Of a DNA stretch of 64,000 nt, positions 46,651 to 59,891 are shown piece after piece. The notes below the pieces were generated by a model, which saw only the letters and a program-made list of their open reading frames with translations, did no database searches and was not told the origin of the DNA. The position numbers were made by a program, and so were the translations under genes. Each line of letters opens with the position of its first letter. Positions within the stretch are counted from its first letter, which is position 1. The stretch is from Eledone cirrhosa (lineage: Eukaryota). The DNA is taken from positions 297,600,001-297,664,000 of the forward strand of contig OZ024741.1 of assembly GCA_964016885.1 (NCBI GenBank), read 5' to 3'.

Positions 46651-47520
46651 TCATTTTATCGATCTCGGAAGAATGAAATGCAAAGTTGATCTCGGTGGTA
46701 TTTGAAATCAGAACGTAAAGCACAAGAACAAATACCGCAAAGCATTTTGTCCGACGCTCTAACGATTCTGCCAATTGATAATTCTTTATACATCGGCACA
46801 AGGCCAGCAACCTGGAAGAACGGGAAATTCAATTATGTCTACTCCAGTACTTAACTCCGATACTGCCAATCCACTACCCTTATTCTGTCAATTAATTATT
46901 GTTTCTACATTTGAAACAAGTCCAACAATTTGAAGGGAAACGAAAGTCAATTAAATTGACCACCAGTTACTGGTGCTTTATTTCAGCGACCCCGTAAGGA
47001 TGAAAGGCAAAGTTAAACTTGACGGGATTTGAACTCAGAACATAAAGGGGCGTAACTATATACTGCAAACCATGTTGTCTGATGGTTTACCGACACTGTC
47101 AATTAACAATAATATTATAGGCAGTATCGATGGAGCGTCGGACAACATGCTTTATGGCATAGAGTTACGGCCCTTTACCATTTGAGTTCCAATTCTACCG
47201 AGGTTAGCTTTGCCTTTCATCCTTACGGGGTCGATAAAATAAAATACCAGGAATGCACCGGGTCGATATAATCGATTGTCCCCTTCTCCAAAGTCGTTGG
47301 CCTCGTGCCTAAATCAGAAACCATAATATAATTGTTTCTACTTTTGGCACAAGGCCAGCAATTATCCCAGTGCATTACCGGTACTTTATTTTGTCGACTC
47401 TGTAAGGATGAATGGCAAAGTTAACCTCGGCGGGATTTGAACTCAGACCATAAAGGGAGGTAATTCTATGCTTCAAAGCATGGCTTCCGACCCTCTACCG
47501 ATACTGCTAATTCACCGCCC
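46650..47520. mobile_element. Cluster of about 4-5 Nin-type tRNA-SINEs in both orientations
   Basis: Repeated GGATGAAAGGCAAAGTTAACCTCGGCGGGATTTGAACTCAG and its complement. More copies at about 44910, 49290 and 52065. Confidence 0.78.
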
Positions 47521-47603
47521 AACCAATAATATAATGTTAGACTCTAACAGTTAGAGGAAACACTTAGACCGGGTCAAAGACCACTGCAACGTCAAATAAC
47601 AAC

Positions 47604-47703
<100 letters not shown>

Positions 47704-47877
47704 GTAATAATAATACATTTGAAGACTAAAATCCAAAGAGGGCTCGATAAGAATAAATATACATCAAATATATATATATAGAGAGAGAGAGAGAAAGAGG
47801 GAGAGAGACAGAGAGAGTAAAAAATGTGTGTGTGTGGGTGGGTGTGTGTGTTTGGTACACGTCTATCTATCTATCTT

Positions 47878-49181
47878 TCATAGCGTCCGTCATCTACTAC
47901 CGCTTGACCGTCGTGCCTTGTCCTCGTGAACACCTCACCAAGATGGAACGCATGCTCTTCCAGTTCCTTTGGAAGAAGCAGGCTCCACTGGTGAGGAGGT
48001 CCGTCTGCTGTCAGTACCCTTCCAATGGAGGGCTGGGAATGCCGTGGCTGATGATGCGCAAACATGCGCTGAGGCTACGGCATCTACAGGTATTCCTCAC
48101 CGACCAACCGGTGTGGGCACCGTTTGTAAGACAGGCCTTCCCGCAACTTGTCTCGCTGGCGGAGCTGCAGTACTGGGTCAAGCGGAGATCGAAGAAGTTG
48201 GGCGCCTAGCACATTGAATGCGCTCAGGCGCTCACAGTCCTCTGTCAAGCGGGCACAGCAATTAGTGGAGACTCCACTTCGACATTCTATAGAGGGTTAG
48301 TACATCACAAGGGCGACGACGTGCTCGGAGAGACTCTAGGCGTCGAAGACGACGAACTCACCAGTCTGTTTGGTAGGACTTTCCGCCCGGGACCTATGGA
48401 CAACTTCCAGAGGTCCCTGGCCTGGCAGTGCTACCGAGGAGCTCTACCAGTTCGTGACAAGATCTACAGGTACGGACGCCCTGGCAGGGATCCTTCCAAG
48501 AGGATGTGTCCAAGATGCGGGCAGGACATTGAAACCGTCTTGCATGAAATTGTACACTGCTCGGGCGTAACTTACCTGTGGAACTACGCAGAACAACTGC
48601 TGTCGCGTATGGGACAAATACAGTTGACTGCCGAGTCCATAATAAGGATCAAACCGCCAACTTCTTTCAAAAACGAAAGAGAGGCGGTTTTTTTCTGTAT
48701 AGTGGCTATGGTGAAAGAGGCGGTTTTTCTCTGTATAGTGTCTATGGTGAAAGAGGTTATATGGTGGACGAGATTGAGAGGACGGAGGACAGATGCCTTT
48801 CTCTCCGGACAACAACTCATTCCCTTCTTTAGGTACCACTTTAGAAGGAGAATCAGAGTGGAGAGAGAGGCACTGCACCCCAGTAAATTTACTGAAAGGT
48901 GGGTGAATGTGGCAAAAATGGCCCGAGTGATTGGTCCTTCTCTGTATATAAACCTGTAGGTTGAAGAAGAGAGCAAAAGGAAGAAAGGAGCACTTTCACA
49001 AGACGCTCCTGAAGTTGAGGGTTGTTCTATCGACGGGGTATTAAACAACCCATTTGTGGCGCCTCCCCCTATTAGGGATTTCGATTGTTTAATATTTTTA
49101 CACGATTGTATGCAAAAATTCCCGGCATGTGTCTTTGTTTTGTTCCCTTTTCTTGTGCGTCCTTGTGGCAAATAAAGAAAT
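47878..49181 (+). mobile_element. 5'-truncated Tx1/L1-clade LINE (ORF2 C-terminus and 3' UTR)
   Basis: GGLGMP, ALPVRDKI, CPRCGQDIETVLHEIVHC zinc-finger, AATAAAGAAAT end. Flanked by GTCTATCTATCT on both sides. Confidence 0.85.
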
Positions 49182-49607
49182 ATGTCTATCTATCTCTCCA
49201 ACAGGGAGCTCAAACATGCGGCCCGCGAACTACTTTTCTATGGCCCGTGGTAGAACCAATATTTTAGATTCCATTATAACTGGTGAAAATAAGGCGGTGA
49301 GCTGGTGGAATCGTTAGCTCATCTGGCGAAATGCTTAGCGGTACTTCTTCCGTTTTTACGTTCCGAGTTCAAATTCCGCTGATCTCAACTTTGCCTTTCA
49401 TCCTTTTGGGGTCGATAAATTAAGCACCAGTTGTGAACTGGGATCGATGTAAACGACGGGCCCCTAAACCCTAAATTTCATGCCTTGTTCCTATAGTAGA
49501 AATGATTATAACTGGTGAAAATCATCATCCACCACCACGTTTGGCCCACTGTGCATCTCCTCCAGGACGTAATGGCCCTTTTATGTCCTTGAGTTTGAGA
49601 CCTCTCT

Positions 49608-49659
<52 letters not shown>

Positions 49660-49926
49660 CACTACTTTTTTTCTGTCTCTGGACTACGTCCATGCTGGAG
49701 CATCACCTTGGTAAGTTATGGGGATATCAACAAACCAACAAGCATTGGTGGGACCGCAAACACAAACGCAAAGACGCACACAGACATATATACATATATA
49801 CGACGCGCTTCTTTTAGATTTGGTCTATCAAATCCACCCACAGGGCTTTGGTCGGCCCGGGCAGTGGGACTGAACCCGGAAACTTGTGGTTGGGAAGCAA
49901 GCATCTTGTCACACTGCGCGCACACG

Positions 49927-50064
<138 letters not shown>

Positions 50065-50262
50065 CGTCTTATCAAATTAACAATGAAAATAAAAAAGAAC
50101 TTTATAACTTTGTTTTTATTTTGTTGTTTTTATTTTTATTGTTAATTGAATACCTAATATCTGACTCTGTGTCTAAAGAATTAATTCATCGAAACACAGA
50201 ACTTTACAAGATTAAAATGAGTTCTATCGAGATGTAAACCAGTCTGAAAAAAGAAAAAAAAA

Positions 50263-50401
<139 letters not shown>

Positions 50402-52659
50402 GTAATAAAATGAAAACGAAATTTCATTTCTCACTCTTAGTACGGCACTTACTTAAATGTAAGTACTTACATATATATATATAAATCTACATACATACAT
50501 ATATATATACATACATACATTTACCTATGTATATAGCTATGCATTTATACATTTGTATATATACATGCATTTATATTTAAGTGTGTAAGGATGTTGACTT
50601 GATTTATGCTTTTTTTTTGTAAGGAGAAAATTTTGCCTCCAGATTTTATTACCTAGGGAGATTAAATAGCACACCTCTGGCTGAAAGCTGACCAGGTTCT
50701 CAACCTTATCAAACACTAATGCCGGCTTGTGTGTGTATATATGTGTATGTATGTATGTATGTATGTATGTATGTATGTATGTATGTATGTACGTATGCAT
50801 GTGTGTGTATGATTGTATGTATATGTATACACCCACACCTTTCATAACCATTGCTTCTTTTTCTTGTCGTTTCTGTTGTTCTTGTAACGGTTGTCAAAGT
50901 TGAAGTTGTCCTTATTTTCATTTTCTTTGATTTCTTCGTTTTCTTCATTCAAATGCATTCACACTGGCTGTCTCAGAGACGTACTTATAAAACTTACCTA
51001 AGTAAATAGCCTTCCAGTGCCCCCCTAGCGCCCCCCAAATCTCCCCCCCCCTCCCGTTGAGAACCTTTGTGTGAGACCAAAGGTTCTCAACCCATTTCGA
51101 CCTTTTGCCCCTCGAAATCACGAAACGCCCCCTACCCTATTTTTCCAATTTTCAATATACTACTGATTTTGATATCAGTAGATTATTGGGCCAAATCAAG
51201 TTATGTTAGAATCTTTAAAAAATACTCGTACGAATTAAATACAAAAAAGTTTCAGTCCAAAACAAAAGCAAACTATTTCAAATTATATATTTTTGAAAAA
51301 TAGACGTGAATGTTCTCAAAGATTTGATCTCAGTCGAAAAAGCTTTTTTTTTTTAATTCTTTATTTCCCTCTTAGCTGTTGTAATCTTTTGAGTGAATAG
51401 ACAATTCTACAATTCCGATGTTTCTTAAGTCAACCCCTTTGATAAGAAGGATTATTTGCTTCAAATACCTTCGATCTAAATTTGTCGAACATTGCGATAA
51501 AACAATACCATAAACATGGTTTTGTCTTTGCGTGTATTTGTTTTCACCGCTCCAATATTATGTTGTGTAGGGTGAAATAAAATAGCAGAGTGCAAAGAAA
51601 TCTATACTTGGTGCTAACAATTCTCTAATACCAGCTAGATTTCTTTTCAGTGTAAACTGCAAAATACATAGTAAATTTTGTGTTGAAGTACTATATAATG
51701 TTAAAAATCTAGGAAATTCTTTATATATAACATATTTTATATCATATTTGTGTAAGACCTACGTCTTTGAAGCACTAATTTGTAAAGCCAGCCACAACAA
51801 TTATTAAAGCATTTAATCCAACACCAGGAATCCAAAATCAATAAGACAATATAACCGTGTGGAAATGGAAGCACCAATGGAAACATAAATTTTAAATCTC
51901 CGAAGCCGTTTATGAAAGTATTGAAGAAGACAAGAAAACACACTTCGATCTTCGGCTCCTATCAGAAGAAACCGAATCATCATTTTTCTTACCTGTTGTA
52001 CAAACCTGGCTGGACACAGAACACTGCACAAACATTCTAAATGTTCTATAGAGTTATGAAATAATTGTTTCTACTTTAGGCACAAGGCCAGCAATTACCC
52101 AGTGCATTACTGGTACTTTATTTTATCGACCCCGTAAGGATGAAAGGCAAAGTCAACCTCAGCGGGATTTGAACTCAGATCGTAAAGGGACGTAACTATG
52201 CTGGAAAGCATTGCGTCCGACCCTCTACTGATACTGCCAATCCACCGCCCTTTTAGAATTATGAAATAATTGTTTCTACGTTAGGCACAAGGCCAGCAAT
52301 TACCCAGTGCATTACTGGTACTTTATATAAATAAGCCATAGATGACGAACATCATTAAGTAATGTCAGTTTCATGAGGAGATAACAGGCCTCCATCCTTT
52401 TGAAAGAAAAATAAAAACAAATGTCTATAAATCCTGGAAAACTGTATTGAAAAAAAAAAACAAAAAAAAAACACAAGGGATTGACACTCCAAATTCACTA
52501 TTCTCCTTTTACTTTGCTCCACTTTTCAAGTTAAATGACACGACGGTTCAGTTTTATTCAAATATTGTAAGCGCGTCCATTGAGAATATCGTTACGATGT
52601 TTGCGAAAATGTAAAACAAATATTTATATCCCAGACAGAAATGTTAACTTTTATTTCTC

Positions 52660-55600
52660 CGAGCTGACGGGTAAACAGATGATAAGAGAAGACAGGTAAA
52701 AGAGAAAATGACTGTATTGGATATTTGTCTGGTTACAGTATGAGGCAAGTCCGTGGTGTCTGTGTGATACAAAAGAACAGTAAAAAAATCTTCCAGATAT
52801 ACCAGATTCTTCGTTGTACCGTTTGTGCATAGTATATGAACAATTCTCGGTGCTCCCACCTAGAATAGTGACCTCTAGGAGATGGTTCATCTTCTGCCTG
52901 ACTGTAAAACGTGTATCATTGCATAGACGTGGTTGTTCCACGTTTCTCAAAAGGATGGTGGAAGTTCCAATCTTTTATATTATATGTAGATATAGATATA
53001 GATAATTAATATAAAAGATGTCCGTCAATGTAAAAAAGGTCCCTATTTACTTGAAATCGTTTATACAAATGCCAAATTAATATGGATATGGATAACATGC
53101 TTATCTATAAGTGGTCAGCTATAATAATTGTTTCAACAAATTATATGACACAAAAATTTATTCAGTAATTTCCAGGCTTTTAGCCACTGAGTAATAGACA
53201 GTCAATGTTGCCCAGAGTCAACTCGGGGAGGTGGCCTGGTTTGAACTCTAAATGGCGGATCCTTCTACTTCGATAATAGAATCGTTTTTCAATATTACTC
53301 TAGCCCTGGCCGGCCATAGGATCCAACCTTTTTACCAGACTCAGCATATGATGAGGTTTTATTACCACCGCAATCAGAAGCGATAAATTTGAAGGCAATT
53401 TCTACCAATACCTGTTGGTTTTTATTGCTCATTATCGACAATAAATGACATTGGACAGAAATGATAACTCTGTCAAAGCTCACAATACTGATCAAAGGAC
53501 ACCAATGTCCGAATCATTTACGTCGCTTATTGATAGCATTAAATATATGCATACATCAGCTCAAAGCTTCATTATAGACAATATTCAGGGTTGTTCCTCT
53601 GTTAGTGGTATCAATTGCAAATTTTATACCATCAGGATCGCACACTCAAGATGCAGCAACATACAGTTGCCCATGGCTGAATGCTGGATCATTCAAGTAG
53701 ACACTGACTCGCTTGAAAGTCTGTCCCTGTGCCTTGTTGACAGTCATGGAGAAGGCCAAATCAATGGCAGCAGATCTTCACTTGGTCTCAGCATGATCCT
53801 CGGAATGAGAACCGATTCCTCTCTGCCTGGGAGTTTAGCTTCTAAAACTCTTCTGTTAATCAATCTCTCAACAATCAATCTGGTACCATTGCAAAGACCC
53901 ATTTTATGATTGATATTTCTAAGCAATATAATCGGCATACCCTTTTTCAACCTCAAAATATGTGGGGGAATCCGGGTATTTGAAGTGAATTCAGATACTC
54001 AGTCGGAACATCCATATCGTCGTTCTGCTGATTAGGCTCCATTGCATCCGCACTGACGGTCAACCATTCCTCTCCAGGAAACATTCCGGCTACTTGTGAA
54101 TTTATTTCATCCACCGTTGCATTCGTATGAGTTAGAATAACGCGTTCCGATATCCAGGAGATATTCTGCCAAAAAGCATTCAAATTAGGGAACACCCAGT
54201 CAATCAATGCTTGGCGGTCCAGTGGCATGACCAAATGGTCTGGGATTCTTACAGTCTGATTATCACCAACGTGTGGCAATTCATCGTTTCCCAACTGCAT
54301 CAACCATCGGCCGTATGTCTCAGCCTCTTCGTTTTGCCCGAACATACGAAGTCGCATATTATCGTGTAATCGCAAAACTCTGAAATGGCGCCACAACGGG
54401 GACTTTTTCAGGCATGCATTGACAATTTGCGCTCTTTGAGCATTCCTAACGATAGTCTTACCACCGAATGGCAGGTCACTACCGCAGATATCTCTCAAAG
54501 TTCTGTGCAATGCCTCCAGCAAATATCTGTGTGCCATTGGAGCCTCGTCCCAAATAATCAGAGACGTATTGCGTATAAGGCCCGCGAGTTTACTTTGTCC
54601 TGTAATGTTACAGACACTCAACTCATCCGGAGCCAATGGAACCTTGAAGCATGAGTGGAAGGTCCTTCCACCACTCAGCAAAGTGGCAGCGATACCACTG
54701 GTGGCCACAGGGAGGGCAATCTTCCTCTGAGCTCTGACTGCCGATAACAGAGTGTTGAAACAGAATGTCTTTCCGGTGCCTCCTGGAGCATCTATGAAAG
54801 CACAAAGTTGCTCATTAGTGGAAATCGAGTGGAGAACGCCATCGACCAATTCTCTCTGAGATTGGGTCAACATTGGCATACGTTCATCCACAATACGTTG
54901 CTGCTCAGTGGATCAAATTGGAATAGTTCCCTCCGATCGAGTGAAATCTCATGTTCAATGCTAGGACACGTTGCCGTATTTCTTCATCAGGAATTGGCAA
55001 ATTGAAATCTGTTAAACATTTGAAATGAACTTCAAGCAGTTGCTCAATATTGAGCAAAACAATAGCTTTCATCAAATTTTCATCATCGACCTGAAGATGA
55101 TGCCTAAAATCATCAGCCATAATTTCCCAATGGCGTTCAAATAATCTCTTGGATCGGCAGGATTGCAGAATCCTAGAATCGTGACAAACAACTGCCTTAT
55201 TTGAGCTGGCATCTGTGTTGTTCCTGCAGCTTCCATGGCGTTATTCCATTCAGCGTCATTCTGAAGGAGTCCCAGATGCTAACACACAGTCTGGTATGTT
55301 TCTTATTCCACGCCATTGATTGTTTTCAAATCAGCGAAGCTCTGTTTACCTCTCGAAAAATCATTATGCAACAGAATTCGGAGATAAAACACATCACCAG
55401 ATGCTGCATGGACATTACAAACCCGTCCAATAGTCATGAATATAAACTTTTGTTTTCTATCATTCCATTTCTTTCCCTTCTTATCCCACATATAGTGCGA
55501 AGGAAAATCGCAGTAGAGTTGCCTTTGATCGGGGTTCAAAGCATGTTCCCTATTATGCTTGAACCACTCAGTCAATTCCATCTTAGGAGGTGGTGCGTTA

Positions 55601-57964
55601 GCAATTCTTTCGACACATCTTCTAGTGTCCTGAAAACAGACCATTTGCTATTCTCTAAGTGAACACTGGGTTTGCGATCATTGAGATCAAAATCGAACAA
55701 TCTCCAGCAAGCTTCGCTAGATCCAATCGAGAGAACATCCTGGAACCTGCCAACTTCATCTCCTTGGTTCGCTTCCTCATTCCTGACATTGATCATTGCC
55801 CGATCATGACATTTGTAAACATATTTGAATAGATATTTGCAAACTTTCACTGAGCTACAAATTTCCACATTAATATGACAACGATATTTCATAATCAAAT
55901 ATGGATTGTATGGCACAACCCATTGATTTGTAACCTGTCGACCGTTTACATTTTCGACCAAACCGCCATCTGCAGGCGACCGTCTTCTGTATGAGGGATG
56001 AGCATCCCCATCGTTCCAGGAAGTGTTCGTGACAAAAGATTTCGGAAAGTGCTTACTGCATTGGCCATGTTTCATGCAAGGCGCTTTCCGATTTGCCACT
56101 CCGCATAGGTTGTGCACCATTGACTTTGCCACCAAGTTGCGTAGTGCCTCATTCTCCAGCAGTTCAGCACACACAATGCTGTCGACATCCTCAGCACATC
56201 TCAATCTGCAATCTCTATGTAAAATGATCAGCAAATGTGCATGTGGCAATCCTCTTTTTTGGAATTCAATTACGTATGTAAAAGCAACTATACCTCCAAA
56301 GATTCCCTTTTTCCACATCATCCATTATCTTTTTCAGATATCCACAATATCAGGACGGTCCTTTGGCTGTTGTCCTGGCAAAAGTGCATCCTTAATATCA
56401 GTCCATTCAGGATTGCATGTAACCGTTATAAACAAATCTGGCTTTCCAAACTTTCTGACAATAGCCATTGCATCCTGATAGCGAATGTTCATATATCTCG
56501 GGCCGCTGTTGAACGACGATGGCAAAATGATGCGTCGACCAATTTGCTTGTAATTGTCATCATCGGCTGTTATCGCATCCTATATATTATTATACAATTC
56601 AGCTCTGATATGTTGCTGATGTGTAGCTATATAATTTAGCCTTTGATTTTCGATCTTTGCGAATGCCATACAACAGTATTCCTGGAACAATCTGCTGGCT
56701 TGAAATAGCGCATTTCTCTGTTGATTCCTCTCGTTCAAATGGAACGCGTAAAAGTCGCGAATCAAATTATTGTGTCTATTGCCACCTCCCTGTTGATGCT
56801 GATTCTCATGATCATCTAAATGAACAGACATGTTCCATCCATTTTCACCTTTTGGGAATAAAAGAACATAATGCAATGGATCGTATGCCCTATTTGACTC
56901 ATTGATTGTCTTGACACCACCATCTCTGCGATTGAGGACGATATCTCTCGATCCAGGCTTATCGTCCATCAACACAGCAACTTCACGAAATCCTTCAGGG
57001 GCATTATATCGCCGTTCGTGTTGATTCCTTGGCACTGCGTCAGCCTTAATCACCAATGTTTGCTGCTGAAGATTTTGTAGTTCAGCCACCAACATGAAAT
57101 CCATAACATAAGGATTACACTGTCTAACCCATGATTGCAAATCACGGATCAAATCACTTAACCTTTGCCGTTCAGGTTCAGTTATATTTCCCGGCAACTT
57201 CATCCAACCGATCCTGATATCCTCCTCCGATTCACTATAATCTGGATCGTTAACGTAAATTTGAGCGAATCGAGGCCTCTCTCCTGGGGTAACTTCTAAA
57301 TTACCGATACAACGATACAAACGGCCTTGAATGACTACATTCGGTTGCCATGCACCACTCTCAAACATCACACTAAATCTCTGCGATGCTAAAGCTAATG
57401 AATTGTTAATTTGCCGCGAATATTTGCGCAGTAATCTACCTCGGTCTCCTTGATCACCCCACATACTTAGTATTTTAAACTTCAGTGACTTCTCATCATC
57501 CGGCATTCGCAAGGGTTCTAGTTGAACTGCTCCTTTATGACAGCACATTGTGGTCCACGTCTTTTCGTGCCTCCAAAGCAATGCTCCACAATGTGGACAC
57601 TCTGCTCGTCCACCAATCTGAAAATGACACGGTTGCCATGATCCATTTTTAATATCATTCGTTCGCCTTCTGGCCTCTTACACACGCAAACACTCACACA
57701 TGTTGATAGTTTTTACTTTCTGTGGAACGCTGCACGCACGCATACACACATAAACATACACGCACGTACATACACACGCACACATATTAATAGTTATTGA
57801 ACACAGCGTTCACACTCTCCTCTCTCACTCCCTCATTGGCATTATGAATATTAATTTCAGTTTGGCGTCGTTGAGGTGGGCGGAGTCGTTTGAAACCTAT
57901 GAACCAATGATAATCGAGAATTATGACATACGGAATAATGACGTTCTTGAAATTAATAAATAGA
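52660..57964 (-). mobile_element. Decayed autonomous Helitron (Rep/Pif1-like helicase pseudogene)
   Basis: Rep motifs TVTCNPEW, VIEFQKRGLPHAH, KYLFKYVYK. Helicase motifs APGGTGKT, WDEAPM, NKAQGQT, FSHGQLYVA. 5' TC at 57964-57963. The 3' hairpin is deleted near 52668. Confidence 0.93.
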
Positions 57965-59170
57965 CTAGCTGACGTACCCAGCTTTGCCCGGGTAAACAGA
58001 TGATAAGAGAGGACAGGTAAAAGAGAAAATGACTGTAATGGATGATTGTCTGGTTACAGTATGAGGCGAGTCCGTGGTGTCTGCGTGATACAAAAACAGT
58101 AAAAAAATCTTCCAGATATACCAGATTCTTCGTTGTACCGTTTGTGCATAGTATATGAACAATTCTCGGTGCTTCCACCTAGAATAGTGACCTCTAGGAG
58201 ATGGTTCATCTTTTGCTTGACTGTAAAACGTGTATCATTGCATAGACATGGTTGTCCCACGTCTCTCAAAAGGATGATGGAAGTTCCAATCTTTTATATT
58301 ATATGTAGATATAGATATAGATAATTAATATAAAAGATGATGCTCAGCCAGTTTGTCTTCAACTATTGCAGCCCGCCGTCGCTGCTTGGCTCCAGTGTTT
58401 CGTTGACGTTGTTCAGCCAGCTCCTCTTCATTCATGGCAGCACGTCTTTTCCTCTGAAGTTCGGCGTTCCGATGGCGCTGTTCGGCCCGTTTTTCTTCAT
58501 TCCTGGCTGCATGCCGTTGCCGCTATAGTTCACTGTTTGATAAAGTCGAATTGCTTTTATTATCAGTATTCATTTCGAACAATTGTCAAAAAATGACACA
58601 ATAATAAATACAAAAGATGTCCGTTAATGTAAAGAAAGGTCCCTATTTACTCCCTTCACAACTCTGTGTATGTTAGACTGACAGACAGGCACACAGACAG
58701 ATAAACTGCATGGCGATTGTGGAACGCCGCACGTACACACACATACACGCATAGAAACGCGCACACGCACGCAAACTTACACACGCACCCGTGCACTCAC
58801 ACACGCACCCGTGCACTTACACACACGCACACACTCACACATGTTGATAGTTTTTACTTTCTGTGGAACGCTGCACGCACGCACACACACATAAACATAC
58901 GCGCACGTACATACACGCGCGCACATGTTAATAGCTATTGCTTTCCTTCCCCTCTTATTTCCACACACATCACACACACACATGTCTCTACACTGACACA
59001 TATAGATAGTGTATCCAACACAGCGTTCACTTTGCTTCTCTGTTTCTTACTCTCCCCTCTCACTTCCTCATTGGCATTATGCATATTAATTTAAGTTTGG
59101 CGTCGTTGAGGTGGCGGAGTCGTTTGAAACCTATGAACCAATGATAATCGAGAATTATGACACACGGAAT
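57965..59170 (-). mobile_element. Internally deleted Helitron of the same family, in head-to-tail tandem
   Basis: 3' end ACCCGGGCAAAGCTGGGT hairpin + ACGTCAGCTAG abuts the TC of the long copy. 57990-58338 matches 52669-53018, and 58830-59170 matches 57680-57937. Confidence 0.85.
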
Positions 59171-59184
59171 ACTGATTATACAGA

Positions 59185-59873
59185 GCTTTTAATTAAGCAT
59201 ACAGTGTATTGCAAAATACACTATATATACATTCATATATATATCGCTATTTCAGAGCACCAATTCTAATTTTCAATTTCTGCTTGACCGGTAACCGCTC
59301 TGTATAAGCAGTTCCTGATTATTACTAAGAATTCTATAAGAATCAAACATTCATGATTTTCAGCAAACAAGAGGAGTAATTAGCTTTGATAAGCATAAAA
59401 AAATGCGAAACAGAGCTCTGTCAGCTTCATCTCCCCTGTTTGCTGAAAATTAAAGTAAGTGAGACTGTCACTAATCTAAAACAATAGCATAAGGTCTTCG
59501 AAATGCTTTTAATTAAGCATACAGTGTATTGCAAAATACACTATATATATATATTCATATATATATCGCTACTTCAGAGCACCAATTCAAATTTTCAATA
59601 TCTGCTTGACCGGCAATCGCTCTGTATAATCAGTTCCTGATTATTACTAAGAATTCTATAAGAATCAAACATTCATGATTTTCAGCAAACAAGAGGAGTA
59701 GTTAGCTTTGATAAGCATAAAAAAATGCGAAACAGAGCTCTGTCAGCTTTATTTCCCCTGTTTGCTGAAATCTAAAGTGAGACTGTCACTAAGCTAAAAC
59801 AATAGCATAAGCTCTTCGAAATGCTTTTAATTAAGCATACAGTGTATTGCAAAATACACTATATATACATTCA
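59185..59873 (+). repeat. About 2.1 tandem copies of a 322-bp HHR unit related to the 310-bp family
   Basis: Shares ATATATATCGCTATTTCAGAGCA, GACCGGyAACCGCTCT, CAGTTCCTG, CTAAGnATTCTATAAG and AGGTCTTCnAAATG with the reverse complement of the 310-bp unit. Confidence 0.88.
59382..59426 (+). ncRNA. Variant hammerhead (U3-A8 core); second copy 59704-59748
   Basis: AGCT-TTGATAA-GCAT-aaaaaa-ATGC-GAAA-CAGAGCTCTG-TC-AGCT, with distal stem ATTTTCAGCAAACA/TGTTTGCTGAAAAT. Confidence 0.8.
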
Positions 59874-59891
59874 TATATATATATATATATA

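Noticed and set aside
51055-51092. GTTGAGAACCTTTG-8 bp-CAAAGGTTCTCAAC palindrome resembling back-to-back hAT MITE termini
   Set aside because: Could not find convincing partner termini or TSDs by eye.
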